Part shown: piece by piece, positions 1-10,396 of the stretch
Numbering within the stretch: position 1 is the first letter of the stretch
How the letters are laid out: the number at the start of each line of letters is the position of its first letter
Source of the DNA: an uncultured Acidobacteriota bacterium
GTDB lineage: Bacteria > Acidobacteriota > Blastocatellia > RBC074
Direction of reading: 5' to 3'
DNA length: 64,000 bases
Assembly: GCA_963796275.1 (NCBI GenBank)
Contig: CAWCKY010000001.1
Location: 992,001 to 1,056,000 of the forward strand
Notes under the pieces: generated by a model
Databases searched by the model: none
What the model was told of the DNA's origin: nothing
What the model saw: the letters and a program-made list of their open reading frames with translations, nothing else
Program-made: the position numbers and the translations under genes

Positions 1-1370
1 TGCGTGTAAAACCCAATCTCTACCTGAGCCTCGGTTTGCGCTATGACTATGAGATGCAGCCCGCAGGCACGCCGCGCGATGGGAACAACTTCGGACCGCG
101 ATTCAGTTTCGCTTACGATCCATTTAAGAAGGGGCGAACAGTGATCCGAGGAGGAGGCGGCCTCTATTATCAATCGCTTTACACGGGAGCGTCGTTCGCT
201 TCATCGGTTCTGGGCGGAGGGCAGATCCGCAACATCCTGGTCACTCCGGATAATCTCATCACGCCGATCTCTCCGGCTTCGTTTTGTGGTCCGTCGGCGG
301 CAGCTGGTTTTCCGCCGTCATTTTGCTTCTACAGGGAATTATATAACCGTGGATTGTTGAGTTTCCCTTCGACGGCTAGCATTCCGGAATCCGCTTTCTC
401 CGATTTACTCGGTCTGACGAGCGATACGAGCACCAACCGGCTGTTGGTTCGCCTGGACGGCAAGGCCGCCAATCCCTACAGCTTTCAGGGTAATTTCGGC
501 ATCGATCAGCAGCTCGGCAGCGACTGGAACTTGTCGATCAATTACCTGGTAAACCACGGCCTGAACCTGATCCGCGCGCGGCAGGTTAACGCGATCCCAA
601 ATCCGGCGATGATCGATGCGCTGGGGCGCCCGTCATTGTCCGGACGCGTGGACCCGACACTGCTGGCGGATTTCGTCCTCGAAACGGCGGGCAATTCGAT
701 CTATCACGGTTTGACCGTCGGAATCGATAAACGCTTCAGCCGTTTCTACCAGATAATCGGTTCATACAGCTTCGGCAAAACGATCTCCGACGCATCCGAT
801 CTCGTTTTCGAACAGGGGCCGCAAGACCCGACCAACGCGCTGGCCGATCGCGGCCTCTCGTCTTTCGATGTGCGCCACCGCCTTTCGCTGGGGGCGATCG
901 TCGACAGTCCATTCCGTGGCGGTATAGGTAATGGATTTTTCCAGCGCATGCTCGCCGATTTCTACATATCACCGATCGTCACGGTGCGATCCGGGTTTCC
1001 CTTCGACATTCGGACCGGGCTTGACGTCAATATGGACATTAACTATAACGACCGCCCGTTCGCGGTCGGCCGCAATACGGGGATCGGGCCCGGATACTTC
1101 ACAACCGATCTGCGATTGGGGCGGCATCTCCGCTTCAATTCTGACGGGTCGCGCTCGCTCGAATTGATTTTCGATGCGTTCAATCTCTTCAACCGGGTAA
1201 ATTTCAAGGAAGTGAATGGGAATACCTATGGCGTCCTCTCCCTGGATCAACTGGGGATTACGGACTTCCGAGTCCGCGGCAGTGCTGATTTACCGCCGAG
1301 TAGTTTCGGGGGATTCATCTCCGCCTATGATCCGCGGATCATTCAGCTCGCGGTGAAGTTCAATTTCTAG
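1..1370 (+). CDS. TonB-dependent receptor (Oar-like), C-terminal part; 5' end outside window
   Basis: Frame open from window start (RVKPNLYLSLGLRYDY); NFGPRFSFAYD motif; ends PRIIQLAVKFNF (beta-barrel terminal Phe); paralog of 2808..6107. Confidence 0.9.
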   Translation, partial: RVKPNLYLSLGLRYDYEMQPAGTPRDGNNFGPRFSFAYDPFKKGRTVIRGGGGLYYQSLYTGASFASSVLGGGQIRNILVTPDNLITPISPASFCGPSAAAGFPPSFCFYRELYNRGLLSFPSTASIPESAFSDLLGLTSDTSTNRLLVRLDGKAANPYSFQGNFGIDQQLGSDWNLSINYLVNHGLNLIRARQVNAIPNPAMIDALGRPSLSGRVDPTLLADFVLETAGNSIYHGLTVGIDKRFSRFYQIIGSYSFGKTISDASDLVFEQGPQDPTNALADRGLSSFDVRHRLSLGAIVDSPFRGGIGNGFFQRMLADFYISPIVTVRSGFPFDIRTGLDVNMDINYNDRPFAVGRNTGIGPGYFTTDLRLGRHLRFNSDGSRSLELIFDAFNLFNRVNFKEVNGNTYGVLSLDQLGITDFRVRGSADLPPSSFGGFISAYDPRIIQLAVKFNF

Positions 1371-1402
1371 TCAGCCCTCGCTGGATCGAAACATTTGGCG
1401 TG

Positions 1403-1500
1403 CGCGAAGCCGTAAAGACGCAAGGAAGGGGTAGAAGAAGGAAAAGGACATTTTATCTCTTAAATTCCTTCTTCTCTTCGCGCCTTCGCGGCTCCGCGTG
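1403..1500. repeat. Imperfect inverted repeat / REP-like hairpin between TBDR and TonB
   Basis: CGCGAAGCCG...AGAAGAAGGAA pairs with TTCCTTCTTCT...CGGCTCCGCG; right arm recurs at ~6188-6232. Confidence 0.5.
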
Positions 1501-1516
1501 AGATCTCCCAGCTTAT

Positions 1517-2386
1517 ATGAAGATCGCTGCAACATTATTTTTACTCTGTCTGGTGATTAACAGCGGTCAGCAGATCACCGAGTTCCAGAAGGAGGCGCTG
1601 TCATCTGTTCAGCACCGCTTAGCATCGAGCTTCGATGAAGGATTACCCAGACGCCCCTTCGGTGAGTGGTTCAAGGAGATGGCTGGTGAGCGGGCCGGGG
1701 TGATCTGGCAATTGAGCGAGTGTGGCGACCCGGCAAGCGCTGCGGACACAGTCGAGGATATGCCGGCCTGCGCAGAAGTCAATGCAGTCTTGCCCAATGG
1801 GAGCAAGGTAGTGGTCATGATTCTGGTCGGAACATTCAAGAAAGGGCGAATAGGCGAGCCGTCATTCCTGGGAGCGGTGATTGAACAAAATGACCAGTTC
1901 TACCAGGTGAGCCGGCTACGTGATTTGCCTAAGTTGGTGCACGACCCCGGGAGCCGCCCGGTCAGTTTGCCGGGAGTAACGGCGAAGCAGGCGCTGCTGA
2001 AGTTACGCTATCAGTCTCTGCCAGCCTCGGAGACGAGCTATCTGGAAAAGGGTGCGAACGGCTCGGAAGAGCAGTTGCCTCCGCCGGCACCGCCGCGGAA
2101 GGTGGAGGAGGTAGTAGTTCAAGGTTGGGCAGTAACCAGGATCAAACCGGTCTATCCCGCAAGCGCGAAGAAGATGAATGCATATGGAGCGGTAGAGGTT
2201 CGGATAATCATCTCGCCGGATGGGAAGGTGATTGATGCGAGAGCCATCAGCGGCCATTTCGCGCTGCGCGGCGCTGCGGTAGAAGCGGCGCACGGTTGGG
2301 TATTCAAACCGACGACTATCGATGGTGTACCGGTCAATACTGAGAGCGTGTTGACATTCGTCTTCGCTCGCGGCGCGAAAAAATAA
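1517..2386 (+). CDS. TonB family protein (signal peptide, uncharacterised N-domain, Pro-rich linker, TonB_C), copy 1
   Basis: PVYPASAK..GAVEVRIIISPDGKV..A..GWVFKP TonB_C motif after PPPAPP linker. Confidence 0.85.
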   Translation: MKIAATLFLLCLVINSGQQITEFQKEALSSVQHRLASSFDEGLPRRPFGEWFKEMAGERAGVIWQLSECGDPASAADTVEDMPACAEVNAVLPNGSKVVVMILVGTFKKGRIGEPSFLGAVIEQNDQFYQVSRLRDLPKLVHDPGSRPVSLPGVTAKQALLKLRYQSLPASETSYLEKGANGSEEQLPPPAPPRKVEEVVVQGWAVTRIKPVYPASAKKMNAYGAVEVRIIISPDGKVIDARAISGHFALRGAAVEAAHGWVFKPTTIDGVPVNTESVLTFVFARGAKK

Positions 2387-2807
2387 TCGACGGTACTGAA
2401 GTCGATCTGGTGGCAATTAAGGGATCCGAATTTTGAAAATCTCTCGGATTTATAGGGACTAATCAAATTTTCAATATCGCGCCTTAATACGGCTTACCAT
2501 AAGACATGAGTTAGTTTATAAACGCGACAATTTTGCGGAGCCGCGCTAGATCGGATATTGCCTAATTGAATTAATAATTCCTACCGTATATTTTGCCGAT
2601 TACTCTTGTGCTCGGTGGATATATCCTTCAATATATTGCCGTCAAAAACACTAATAACATATCCCTAAATGTATTTGCGGCCTTCTTCACCACTTAGCCA
2701 TTCAGTGAATCGGGCTGCCGCGAAATAAAGCTTCCAATCCCGTTAAGACACGGGAATGCCATATGGAATAAGAGCATAGATCTTTGTCTGCAATAGGAGG
2801 TTTAAAG

Positions 2808-5800
2808 TTGAAGCAAATGATAAAAATGCTCTGCTTGATTAGTGCGCTTACTCTGAACACCGCAATTATTTGTGGTCAATCGCGGAGTTCATCTGCCGAC
2901 CTCACCGGAATTGTCCTGAGTCCCTCGCAATCGTCCTTGGCAGGAGTCACAGTCACGGCGTTGAATCTTTCCACCGGGATGGCGCGCACAGTCACGACAG
3001 ACGCAACGGGTAATTATCGCATTCCGCTGATGCCCCCCGGCAGATACGAAGTAAGGGTCGATGCATCGGGATTCAACACGCAGGTCAAAAGAGGTATTAC
3101 TCTGACAGTAGGCCAGATCGCTGTGGTTAACTTCGAGATGACTCTCGGAGTAATTAAAGAGGCCGAAGTGGTCGAAACCGACACTCCGGTGATTGAAACC
3201 GAGCGAACGCATCAGTCTTCAACCGTCACTCAGAGATCGATCCTGAACTTTCCGATCAATGGACGCAGATTCCTCGACTTCGCCAGACTGACTCCGGGCG
3301 TTGTCGAAGAGAGTCCGGCAGTAACTGCGGTCCAGACCCCCGCGATGACGACTTCGGGCCTCTCTTTCGGCGGCCTGAACGCGCGCGGTAACAGCGTGCT
3401 GATTGACGGTGTGGATAATAATGACATCGCCACTAACGGTGTGCGTCCGACGATCAGCCAGGAAGCGGTCAGCGAGTTTCAGATCAACCGTAACGGTTAT
3501 AACGCCGAGTTCGGCCGTGCCATCGGAGGCGTCATCAATCTCGTCTCGAAGAGCGGCGAAAATCAATTTCACGGAAACGTCTATAATTATTTCCGCAACG
3601 AGCGATTGGATGCGCGAAACACTTTCGCTACGGGACAACTGAAAGACCCGCCGTACAAACGCAACCAGCCAGGCTTCACCTTCGGCGGACCGATAAAAAA
3701 AGACAAGACATTTTTCTTCACCGCCTACGAGGGCCTGATCAGGCGCGAGTCGGCCGTTACCACGATCTTGTCGGATCCCGGGATATTGCAACCGACTGGT
3801 GAACAGCAAGAGCTGATCAACACATTGATTGGCTCGGGCTCGCCGTTGTTTGTGAATCTGGGAGCGGGGCTCAGGGCGCTTCTCACTACTTCGCCGAATA
3901 GCCAATTTCCACCTGAACTCCAGTCTTTCCTCCCGTTCCCCTTCACTCCGCTCAACCGGACTACTTATCAGCTGCTTGCCGGTTCGACCGGGGTTTTCCC
4001 CATCGACCAGACTGCCAGCACAGGCAGCTTCAGGCTCGACCATGGGGTCAGCGAACGTGATTTGTTTTTCTTTCGCTATAACCTGACCAACGACAGCCAG
4101 CATGACGTCGGCATCGGAGGTCAGATGGCTCCCTCGAGCGGATTCGACATCGCGAGTCGTGATCACACCTTCGTTTTCGGCCATACCCACATCTTCAACA
4201 GCGGGGGAAAAACTAACGAGTTCCGTCTCCAATTTCTCCGCAATGTTTTTAACGCCAACACGGTAGATGCTTTCGGGCCGCGCTTGAGAATAGCCGGCAT
4301 CGGCAATTTCGGTCGCGAGTTCTTCTCTCCATCGGATAGGACGCAGAAGAATATTCAGTTCGTCGACAATTTCAGCCTGACCAGAGGCAAGCAAAATATC
4401 AAAATGGGGGCCGATTTCAGCCGCTACGACCTCGATACTATGACAGCAGCTTTCCTGGGCGGCATGATTGACTTCTCGCAGTTGTACGAGGTTCACCTCG
4501 ATACCATCTTCGGTAGCAGGCCGGAATATCAAGCATTGATAAACGCGCTTGGCGCACCGATCGCCTCGGGCGGACTGGGTCGCCCCGACCTCATTCCGGT
4601 ATTGAACGTACTGCCGTTGACCACGGTACAGCAGATGAACCTCGGATTTGCTCGCGCGATCAACCAGGGATTCGGCGATCCCAATGTGGCGATGACCGGG
4701 CATAACCTTGGGTTATATTGGCAGGATGGCGTGAAAGCGCTGCCCAATTTGTTCCTGAGCTTTGGCCTGCGCTATGACTACCAACTGCAGCCCGTAGGGA
4801 TACCGCGCGATGGCAATAATTTCGGACCGCGATTCGGTTTCGCGTACGATCCTTTCAAGAAAGGGAGGACGGTGATCCGCGGCGGCGGCGGTCTCTACTA
4901 TCAATATATCTCCGGGAGCGCTTCGTTCGCTTCAATGGCTCTCGGCGGCCAGCAAATCAGCAGTTTATTGGTATCCGCGGACCCTATGCTGACACCGGCA
5001 TACGGAAATACGGTGTGCAGCCAGCTGGCTGCATCCGCATTAAGATATCCGCCATCATTCTGTTTCTATCAGAATCTTGCCGGGAGCGGTCTGTTGAATT
5101 TTCCGATGACCGCGAGCATCCCCGAATCTGCTTATACCAATCTACTCGGTCTGACGCGTGATACCAGCACGAACAGGCTTTTGTTGCGTCTGGCTGGAAA
5201 CGCCGTCAATCCCTACAGCGTTCATGGCAATCTCGGTATCGATCACCAATTCAATGGAGATTGGAACCTGTCCGTCAATTACCTGATCAATCATGGTGTA
5301 AATCTGATACGCACCCGTCAGGTCAATGCGCTCCCGGATCCGACCTTCCTCGATAGATTGGGACGTCCTTCGCTGCGGGGACGGGTAGACCAGACGCGGC
5401 TGGCGGATTTTCTCCTGGAAACGGCGGGCAATTCGATCTATCACGGTCTGAATGTAGAGATCGATAAACGCTTCAGTCGTTACTACCAGATAATCGGTTC
5501 ATACAGCTTCGGCAAAACGATCTCCGATACGGCTGATTTCGTGTTCGAACAGGGGCCGCAAGACCCAACCAACGCGCTGGCCGATCGCGGTCTCTCGTCT
5601 TTCGATGTGCGCCACCGCCTCTCGCTGGCGGCGCTCTTCGAAAGCCCGTTTCGTGGCGGCAAGGGCAGTGGGTGGTACCAGAGAGCACTCGCCGATTTTT
5701 ACCTATCGCCGATCTTCACGGTGCGATCCGGATTTCCATGGGACATACGGACGGGAATTGACGTCAATCAGGACAGTAACCTTAACGACCGCCCGTTCGC

Positions 5801-6107
5801 GGTAGGTCGCAATACGGGGATCGGGCCCGGATTCTATACCGTCGACTTTCGTTTAGGGCGGCGCTTCCGCTTCAATCGCGATGGTACGCGATCGCTCGAA
5901 TTAATTTTCGATGCGTTCAATCTCTTCAACCGGGTAAATTTCAAGGAGGTGAATGGGAATACCTACGGCGCCCTCTACCTGGATCAAATGGGGATTACTG
6001 ATAACCGAGTCCGCGGCAGTGCGGATCTAATGCCGAGCAGTTTCGGCGGATTCACCTCCGCCTATGATCCGCGGATCATACAAATCGGAGTGAAGTTCAA
6101 TTTTTAA
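2808..6107 (+). CDS. TonB-dependent receptor with N-terminal carboxypeptidase-regulatory-like domain
   Basis: AGGAGG at 2795-2800 before TTG 2808; DGVDNND, AEFGRAIGGVINLVSKSG plug motifs; C-terminal KFNF. Confidence 0.92.
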   Translation: MKQMIKMLCLISALTLNTAIICGQSRSSSADLTGIVLSPSQSSLAGVTVTALNLSTGMARTVTTDATGNYRIPLMPPGRYEVRVDASGFNTQVKRGITLTVGQIAVVNFEMTLGVIKEAEVVETDTPVIETERTHQSSTVTQRSILNFPINGRRFLDFARLTPGVVEESPAVTAVQTPAMTTSGLSFGGLNARGNSVLIDGVDNNDIATNGVRPTISQEAVSEFQINRNGYNAEFGRAIGGVINLVSKSGENQFHGNVYNYFRNERLDARNTFATGQLKDPPYKRNQPGFTFGGPIKKDKTFFFTAYEGLIRRESAVTTILSDPGILQPTGEQQELINTLIGSGSPLFVNLGAGLRALLTTSPNSQFPPELQSFLPFPFTPLNRTTYQLLAGSTGVFPIDQTASTGSFRLDHGVSERDLFFFRYNLTNDSQHDVGIGGQMAPSSGFDIASRDHTFVFGHTHIFNSGGKTNEFRLQFLRNVFNANTVDAFGPRLRIAGIGNFGREFFSPSDRTQKNIQFVDNFSLTRGKQNIKMGADFSRYDLDTMTAAFLGGMIDFSQLYEVHLDTIFGSRPEYQALINALGAPIASGGLGRPDLIPVLNVLPLTTVQQMNLGFARAINQGFGDPNVAMTGHNLGLYWQDGVKALPNLFLSFGLRYDYQLQPVGIPRDGNNFGPRFGFAYDPFKKGRTVIRGGGGLYYQYISGSASFASMALGGQQISSLLVSADPMLTPAYGNTVCSQLAASALRYPPSFCFYQNLAGSGLLNFPMTASIPESAYTNLLGLTRDTSTNRLLLRLAGNAVNPYSVHGNLGIDHQFNGDWNLSVNYLINHGVNLIRTRQVNALPDPTFLDRLGRPSLRGRVDQTRLADFLLETAGNSIYHGLNVEIDKRFSRYYQIIGSYSFGKTISDTADFVFEQGPQDPTNALADRGLSSFDVRHRLSLAALFESPFRGGKGSGWYQRALADFYLSPIFTVRSGFPWDIRTGIDVNQDSNLNDRPFAVGRNTGIGPGFYTVDFRLGRRFRFNRDGTRSLELIFDAFNLFNRVNFKEVNGNTYGALYLDQMGITDNRVRGSADLMPSSFGGFTSAYDPRIIQIGVKFNF

Positions 6108-6248
6108 ACAGCCTCGTAAGGTTGGGGCAAAAAACTCAGGCGAAGCCGCCATCCGTCAGAAAAGACCAGGGAAAGAAAGACATTTTTATTCCTTCTTCTC
6201 TTCCGGCCTTTGCGGCTTTGCGGCTCCGCGTGAGATCTCCCAGCTTAT

Positions 6249-7115
6249 ATGAAGATCGCTGCAACATTATTTTTACTCTGTCTGGTGATTAACAGCGGTC
6301 AGCAGATCACCGAGTTCGAGAAGGAGGCGCTGTCATCTGTTCAGCGCCGCTTAGCATCGAGCTTCGATGAAGGATTACCCAGACGCCCCTTCAGTGCGTG
6401 GTTCAAGGAGATGGCTGGTGAGCGGGCCGGGGTGATCTGGCAATTGAGCGAGTGTGGCGACCCGGCAAGCGCTGCGGACACAGTCGAGGATATGCCGGCC
6501 TGCGCAGAAGTCAATGCAGTCTTGCCCAATGGGAGCAAGGTAGTGGTCATGATTCTGGTCGGAACATTCAAGAAAGGGCGAATAGGCGAGCCGTCATTCC
6601 TGGGAGCGGTGATTGAACAAAATGACCAGTTCTACCAGGTGAGCCGGCTACGTGATTTGCCTAAGCTGGTGCACGACCCCGGGAGCCGCCCGGTCAGTTT
6701 GCCGGGAGTAACGGCGAAGCAGGCGCTGCTGAAATTACGCTATCAGTCTCTGCCAGCCTCGGAGACGAGCTATCTGGAAAAGAGTGCGAACGGCTCGGAA
6801 GAGCAGTTGCCTCCGCCGGCACCGCCGCGGAAGGTGGAGGAGGTAGTAGTTCAAGGTTGGGCAGTAACCAGGGTCAAACCGGTCTATCCCGCAAGCGCGA
6901 AGAGGATGAATGCATATGGAGCGGTAGAGGTTCGGATTATCATCTCGCCGGATGGGAAGGTGATTGATGCGACAGCCATCAGCGGCCATATAGCGCTGCG
7001 GATCGCTGCGGTGAAGGCGGCGCGCGGCTGGGTATTCAAACCGACGACTATCGATGGAGTACCGGTCGATACTGAGAGCATTCTGACATTTGTCTTCGCT
7101 CGTAGCTCAAATTAG
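6249..7115 (+). CDS. TonB family protein, copy 2 (near-identical to 1517..2386)
   Basis: Same domain layout; long stretches of nucleotide identity at offset 4732. Confidence 0.85.
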   Translation: MKIAATLFLLCLVINSGQQITEFEKEALSSVQRRLASSFDEGLPRRPFSAWFKEMAGERAGVIWQLSECGDPASAADTVEDMPACAEVNAVLPNGSKVVVMILVGTFKKGRIGEPSFLGAVIEQNDQFYQVSRLRDLPKLVHDPGSRPVSLPGVTAKQALLKLRYQSLPASETSYLEKSANGSEEQLPPPAPPRKVEEVVVQGWAVTRVKPVYPASAKRMNAYGAVEVRIIISPDGKVIDATAISGHIALRIAAVKAARGWVFKPTTIDGVPVDTESILTFVFARSSN

Positions 7116-7233
7116 GCGCGATATAAACGGTAGAAAATAAGGAGCGGGATTCACTGGAAAAACCACAAAAGACATAAGGGCTTTCGAGATTTCTGAAGCT
7201 CTCAAAGTCTATGCAAGCTGAAATCAATGACCT

Positions 7234-8121
7234 CTATTTCGCAGTAGCCTCACGAATGAAATCGATAATCTGCTCGAGGTACTCTTTCCCGCCATTCCCA
7301 AACAAATTGTGATCGCCTCCCTCAACGATCTTTAACTTCTTCGGTTCGCGTGCGGCCGCAAAAAGTTTGCGCCCTTGCTCGACGGGAATCACATTATCAT
7401 TCGTGCCGTGAGTCACGAGCACCGGGCAGTTCACGTTCGCAATCTTGCGTTCGGATTCAAAGCGGTTCTTTCCCAACCAGTGTAGCCACCGCGGCAGAAA
7501 GGGAACTGTTGTCGCACCCATATCGCTGGCTGAACTCAAGCCCGATTCGACAATCAATGCCCCGCAAGCGCGGCGTGAGGCGAGATCGATCGCAGCCGTA
7601 GTGCCTAGCGATTCGCCGTAGAGAACGAGCTTTTCTGGTTTTACGCTGCGTTCGCGCATCAGGTAATGGTAGGCTGCATCCGTATCGGCATACAGTCCCC
7701 ACTCATCTGTGATCTTGCCCTCGCTGCGCCCATAGCCGCGATAATCGAAAATCAGGACATCCAAGTTATTTTTCGATAGTTCTTCGGCGACCCACGCGAC
7801 GTGAGTTAAATTGCCTCCGTTGCCGTGGCATAAGAGTACTGTAGCGATTGCCGGCTGAGATTGTGATCGCACGAACCATCCATGCAACCGTTGCACGCGT
7901 TCACCATCGGTGACACTGAACCAGACGTTTTCGCCATTTGCAGGCGGAGTCCAAGCGGGGCCGGGAATGTATGGCAAAGGATGATATGTCATCGAATATT
8001 CGAGCCAGCGCAAACCAATGAAAAATATTAACAATATGGATAGTAGAGAGAGTGCCGCTCGAACCGTACGCGGTATACGAAAGAGAATGAATTTTGGCGA
8101 GGAAGAATCAGATGAACTCAT
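7234..8121 (-). CDS. Alpha/beta hydrolase (ABHD13/Bem46-like) with N-terminal TM helix
   Basis: HGNGGN, DYRGYGRSEG, GESLG nucleophile, HGTNDNVIP, GGDHN. Confidence 0.9.
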   Translation of the reverse strand: MSSSDSSSPKFILFRIPRTVRAALSLLSILLIFFIGLRWLEYSMTYHPLPYIPGPAWTPPANGENVWFSVTDGERVQRLHGWFVRSQSQPAIATVLLCHGNGGNLTHVAWVAEELSKNNLDVLIFDYRGYGRSEGKITDEWGLYADTDAAYHYLMRERSVKPEKLVLYGESLGTTAAIDLASRRACGALIVESGLSSASDMGATTVPFLPRWLHWLGKNRFESERKIANVNCPVLVTHGTNDNVIPVEQGRKLFAAAREPKKLKIVEGGDHNLFGNGGKEYLEQIIDFIREATAK

Positions 8122-8256
8122 AAATTGCTGTCAACCGGGTGCATTTGGTTCTTATAGATAGAAGATTTCATACGAGGAAGAAGGTCTTTTTTGTTCTGAA
8201 TAATGAGAAATACGGTCTAGAATCATACCCGATTGGATGCATATTGCTTCACCGTC

Positions 8257-8710
8257 CCACTGCCAAATTTGCCTTCCAGCGTGCGGTACTGCACTACCTC
8301 CGAAATATGCCGCTCGTCGATTTCGGCCGCGCCTTCCAAATCCGCGATCGTCCGCTGACCTTGAGAATCCTATCGTATGACCTCGCCGACAGGTTTTTAA
8401 TCGCGCGCTCCGGCCGGGAGAGAGGTGGTAGTATTTGCGGATCATTCGCGGCGTCATCTGCGCGTTGCAGAAACATGTTATGCAAAAGTTTGCTGCTGAA
8501 TTTTCCTCGCCCGGCCGATTGCTCGAGGGATTTCGGCTGAGCCCTCCAAAGCTTCCTGCAATGACAACTCGGTCACTTTAACTGCGGGCGCGTCGATGTG
8601 GATGTCTATGCGGTCGAGCAGCGGACCCGAAATCTTCGAGATGTACCGCTGAATCTGTAGCGGCGTGCATTTGCAGTCACGCGACGGATCATTGAAATAG
8701 CCGCACGGCA
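8257..8710 (-). pseudogene. comM: Decayed duplicate of the 3' part of comM/yifB (displaced gene end; island boundary)
   Basis: Aligns to 16052..16531 ([32 protein letters not shown]..., [11 protein letters not shown]) with substitutions and small deletions; homology stops at the NPCPCG codons. Confidence 0.9.
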
Positions 8711-9213
8711 TATATGCGTTGCGATTTTGCATGCGCAGACTCATTGGCAGAAATCCTGTCGCTATCTTTGTCTAAATTCGTGTTCAAAACCTGACATCTG
8801 AAACGCATCAAGAGGAGAACGAAATCGCTTCGAAATCATTTTCTGAAAGATTCTTGCTAAATTAATCACTCTTTATACAGGGAGAGAGGACGGTGTGATA
8901 GCCATGCCCGAAACAGCTCTCAACCAGTGAAATGGTCGGAATGACTTGAGCGAGAAGGAAAAGGTAACCTGCAAGCGGGAAGACATAAACGGCAGCCGAC
9001 GGAGTGGATTGAGGGTAGCCTGCATATTCCTGCATTCTGTTAAGAAGTTGTTTCGAAGCCATTATCTCGCAGTCCAAATCTGATCTGTGTCATCGGCCCG
9101 TAATAATGAGTTCCCATCTAGCTTTGCGGTATTTGCTTTTCTACATCGAATTTATGCTGTCCAACAGGAATAGTTTACTGAATTGCATTTTAGGAGTATG
9201 CGGCGATCGGCCT

Positions 9214-9313
9214 GCATAACAACCAATTTGGGTTATTTATACTGTCAATGGCTGTATAAGACGTGGGGTTAGCCTTATTATTCGGTACATAGCCATAGAA
9301 TATATAGTTAGGC
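9214..9313 (+). other. Degenerate attC-like site
   Basis: GCATAAC ... GTTAGGC with internal ATGGCT/AGCCAT pairing; a second GTTAGGT core at 9366-9372 precedes the first cassette ORF. Confidence 0.4.
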
Positions 9314-9395
9314 GCGCTGAATGAATGGTTGCGCTTGCTGAAAGTAATATCTAAGGAATAAGACCGTTAGGTTAATTCCATGTCCAGGAAACATC

Positions 9396-9753
9396 ATGGC
9401 TTTGTGGCAGACTATTCTTTTCTTTGGGGTTGTGGTGATCATATTTGATGGAGTATGGGCACTGGTAGCCCGAAGCAAAGAATACAACTACGCAAGGGGT
9501 ACGTGGGTAAGCTTGCTTATATACCTGATTGCGGGAGGAGTGACAGCTAGGAGCGGTGGAGTTCTAGCAGGATTACTTGGCGGGTTGATAACTGCTGGTG
9601 TCGAAGCGACCATTGGTTGGTGGATCTCTTGGAAGATCGGTCCTGGGCGTCTGCCAAACACGGATTTGAGGGACACCCTTTACGCACTCTACTCAGTACA
9701 GTAGGTCTTGTTATGGTTACGGGAGCTGGCTGCGGACTTGTGGGAGCGGAGTA
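9396..9753 (+). CDS. Cassette: small multi-pass membrane protein (apparent frameshift near 9680)
   Basis: Three hydrophobic segments; a fourth (LLSTVGLVMVTGAGCGLVG) continues in another frame. Confidence 0.55.
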
Positions 9754-9768
9754 GCCAGTGGAGATACA

Positions 9769-10259
9769 ATGACTGAACAAGAAGAACAATACTTGTATTT
9801 TGTTTCCTGCATCAACGCTCTCAACAATGCTTGGCGGCTTCTGCAAGAAATCAAACGGTGCAAAAGAAATTCGCTTGTAGGCGCTGCTTTTCAATTTGCC
9901 TTAATTGAATACTCAAAACCGTATATAGTCTCCTTTGGGACTGTCTTGAACTCAAAAGGCAAATCCATTCCACGCAAACTCGATGAATCACACATCCCTG
10001 CCACGCATATCCAATTGCATAAGAGAATTATTGATGCGCGAGATCAGATTCATTCCCATTCTGATCTAACAGTAATGGAAGCCAAGCTGTACGTTAAGAG
10101 CAGTCCACAGGAAAGATCGTCGGTACAGTACAAAACAAAATATATGGTATTGAGGAGCTTTCAAACATCGATGCTATCATTGATCTAATAGAGCAAACAC
10201 TCGATAGTATGTATGTGGAAGCTAAAAGATTAGAAGCAGCATTACCAGTCACGTCATGA
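9769..10259 (+). CDS. Cassette: putative HEPN-domain protein (apparent frameshift near 10105)
   Basis: Helical protein with ALIEYSKP and RDQIHSHSD (Rx4-6H); C-terminus ..IEQTLDSMYVEAKRLEAALPVTS* in the shifted frame ends 7 nt before attC. Confidence 0.6.
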
Positions 10260-10266
10260 TAAGGTG

Positions 10267-10358
10267 GTCTAACAATCGGTTCGACGGGAGCCGCCGAAGC
10301 GGATTTCTCAAGGTTCCATCAGTGTTCGGCGGCGGCCCGATCAACCGGCGCGTTAGGT
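10267..10358 (+). other. attC site
   Basis: GTCTAAC (RYYYAAC) ... GTTAGGT (GTTRRRY), 92 bp, internal palindrome CGGTTCGACGGG.GCCGCCGAA / TTCGGCGGC.GCCCGATCAACCG. Confidence 0.9.
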
Positions 10359-10396
10359 AGCAATCAAAATACACTCGATTGCAGAGGATATTTAGT

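Noticed and set aside
2387-2807. Riboswitch upstream of the TBDR
   Set aside because: No cobalamin, TPP or other conserved riboswitch core recognised; only short hairpins
3219-4703. 494-aa antisense ORF (and similar shadow ORFs such as 29224-30288 and 23433-24188)
   Set aside because: They overlap well-supported genes on the other strand and lack motifs; expected in GC-rich coding DNA
1517-7115. Diversity-generating retroelement TR/VR pair in the duplicated TonB genes
   Set aside because: Differences are not adenine-specific (C/G, G/A and T/C changes in both directions), the repeat is a whole gene, and no reverse transcriptase is present
8710-9200. Integron integrase or serine recombinase remnant
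   Set aside because: No recombinase motifs recognised in the frames examined; the 71-aa ORF is unconvincing
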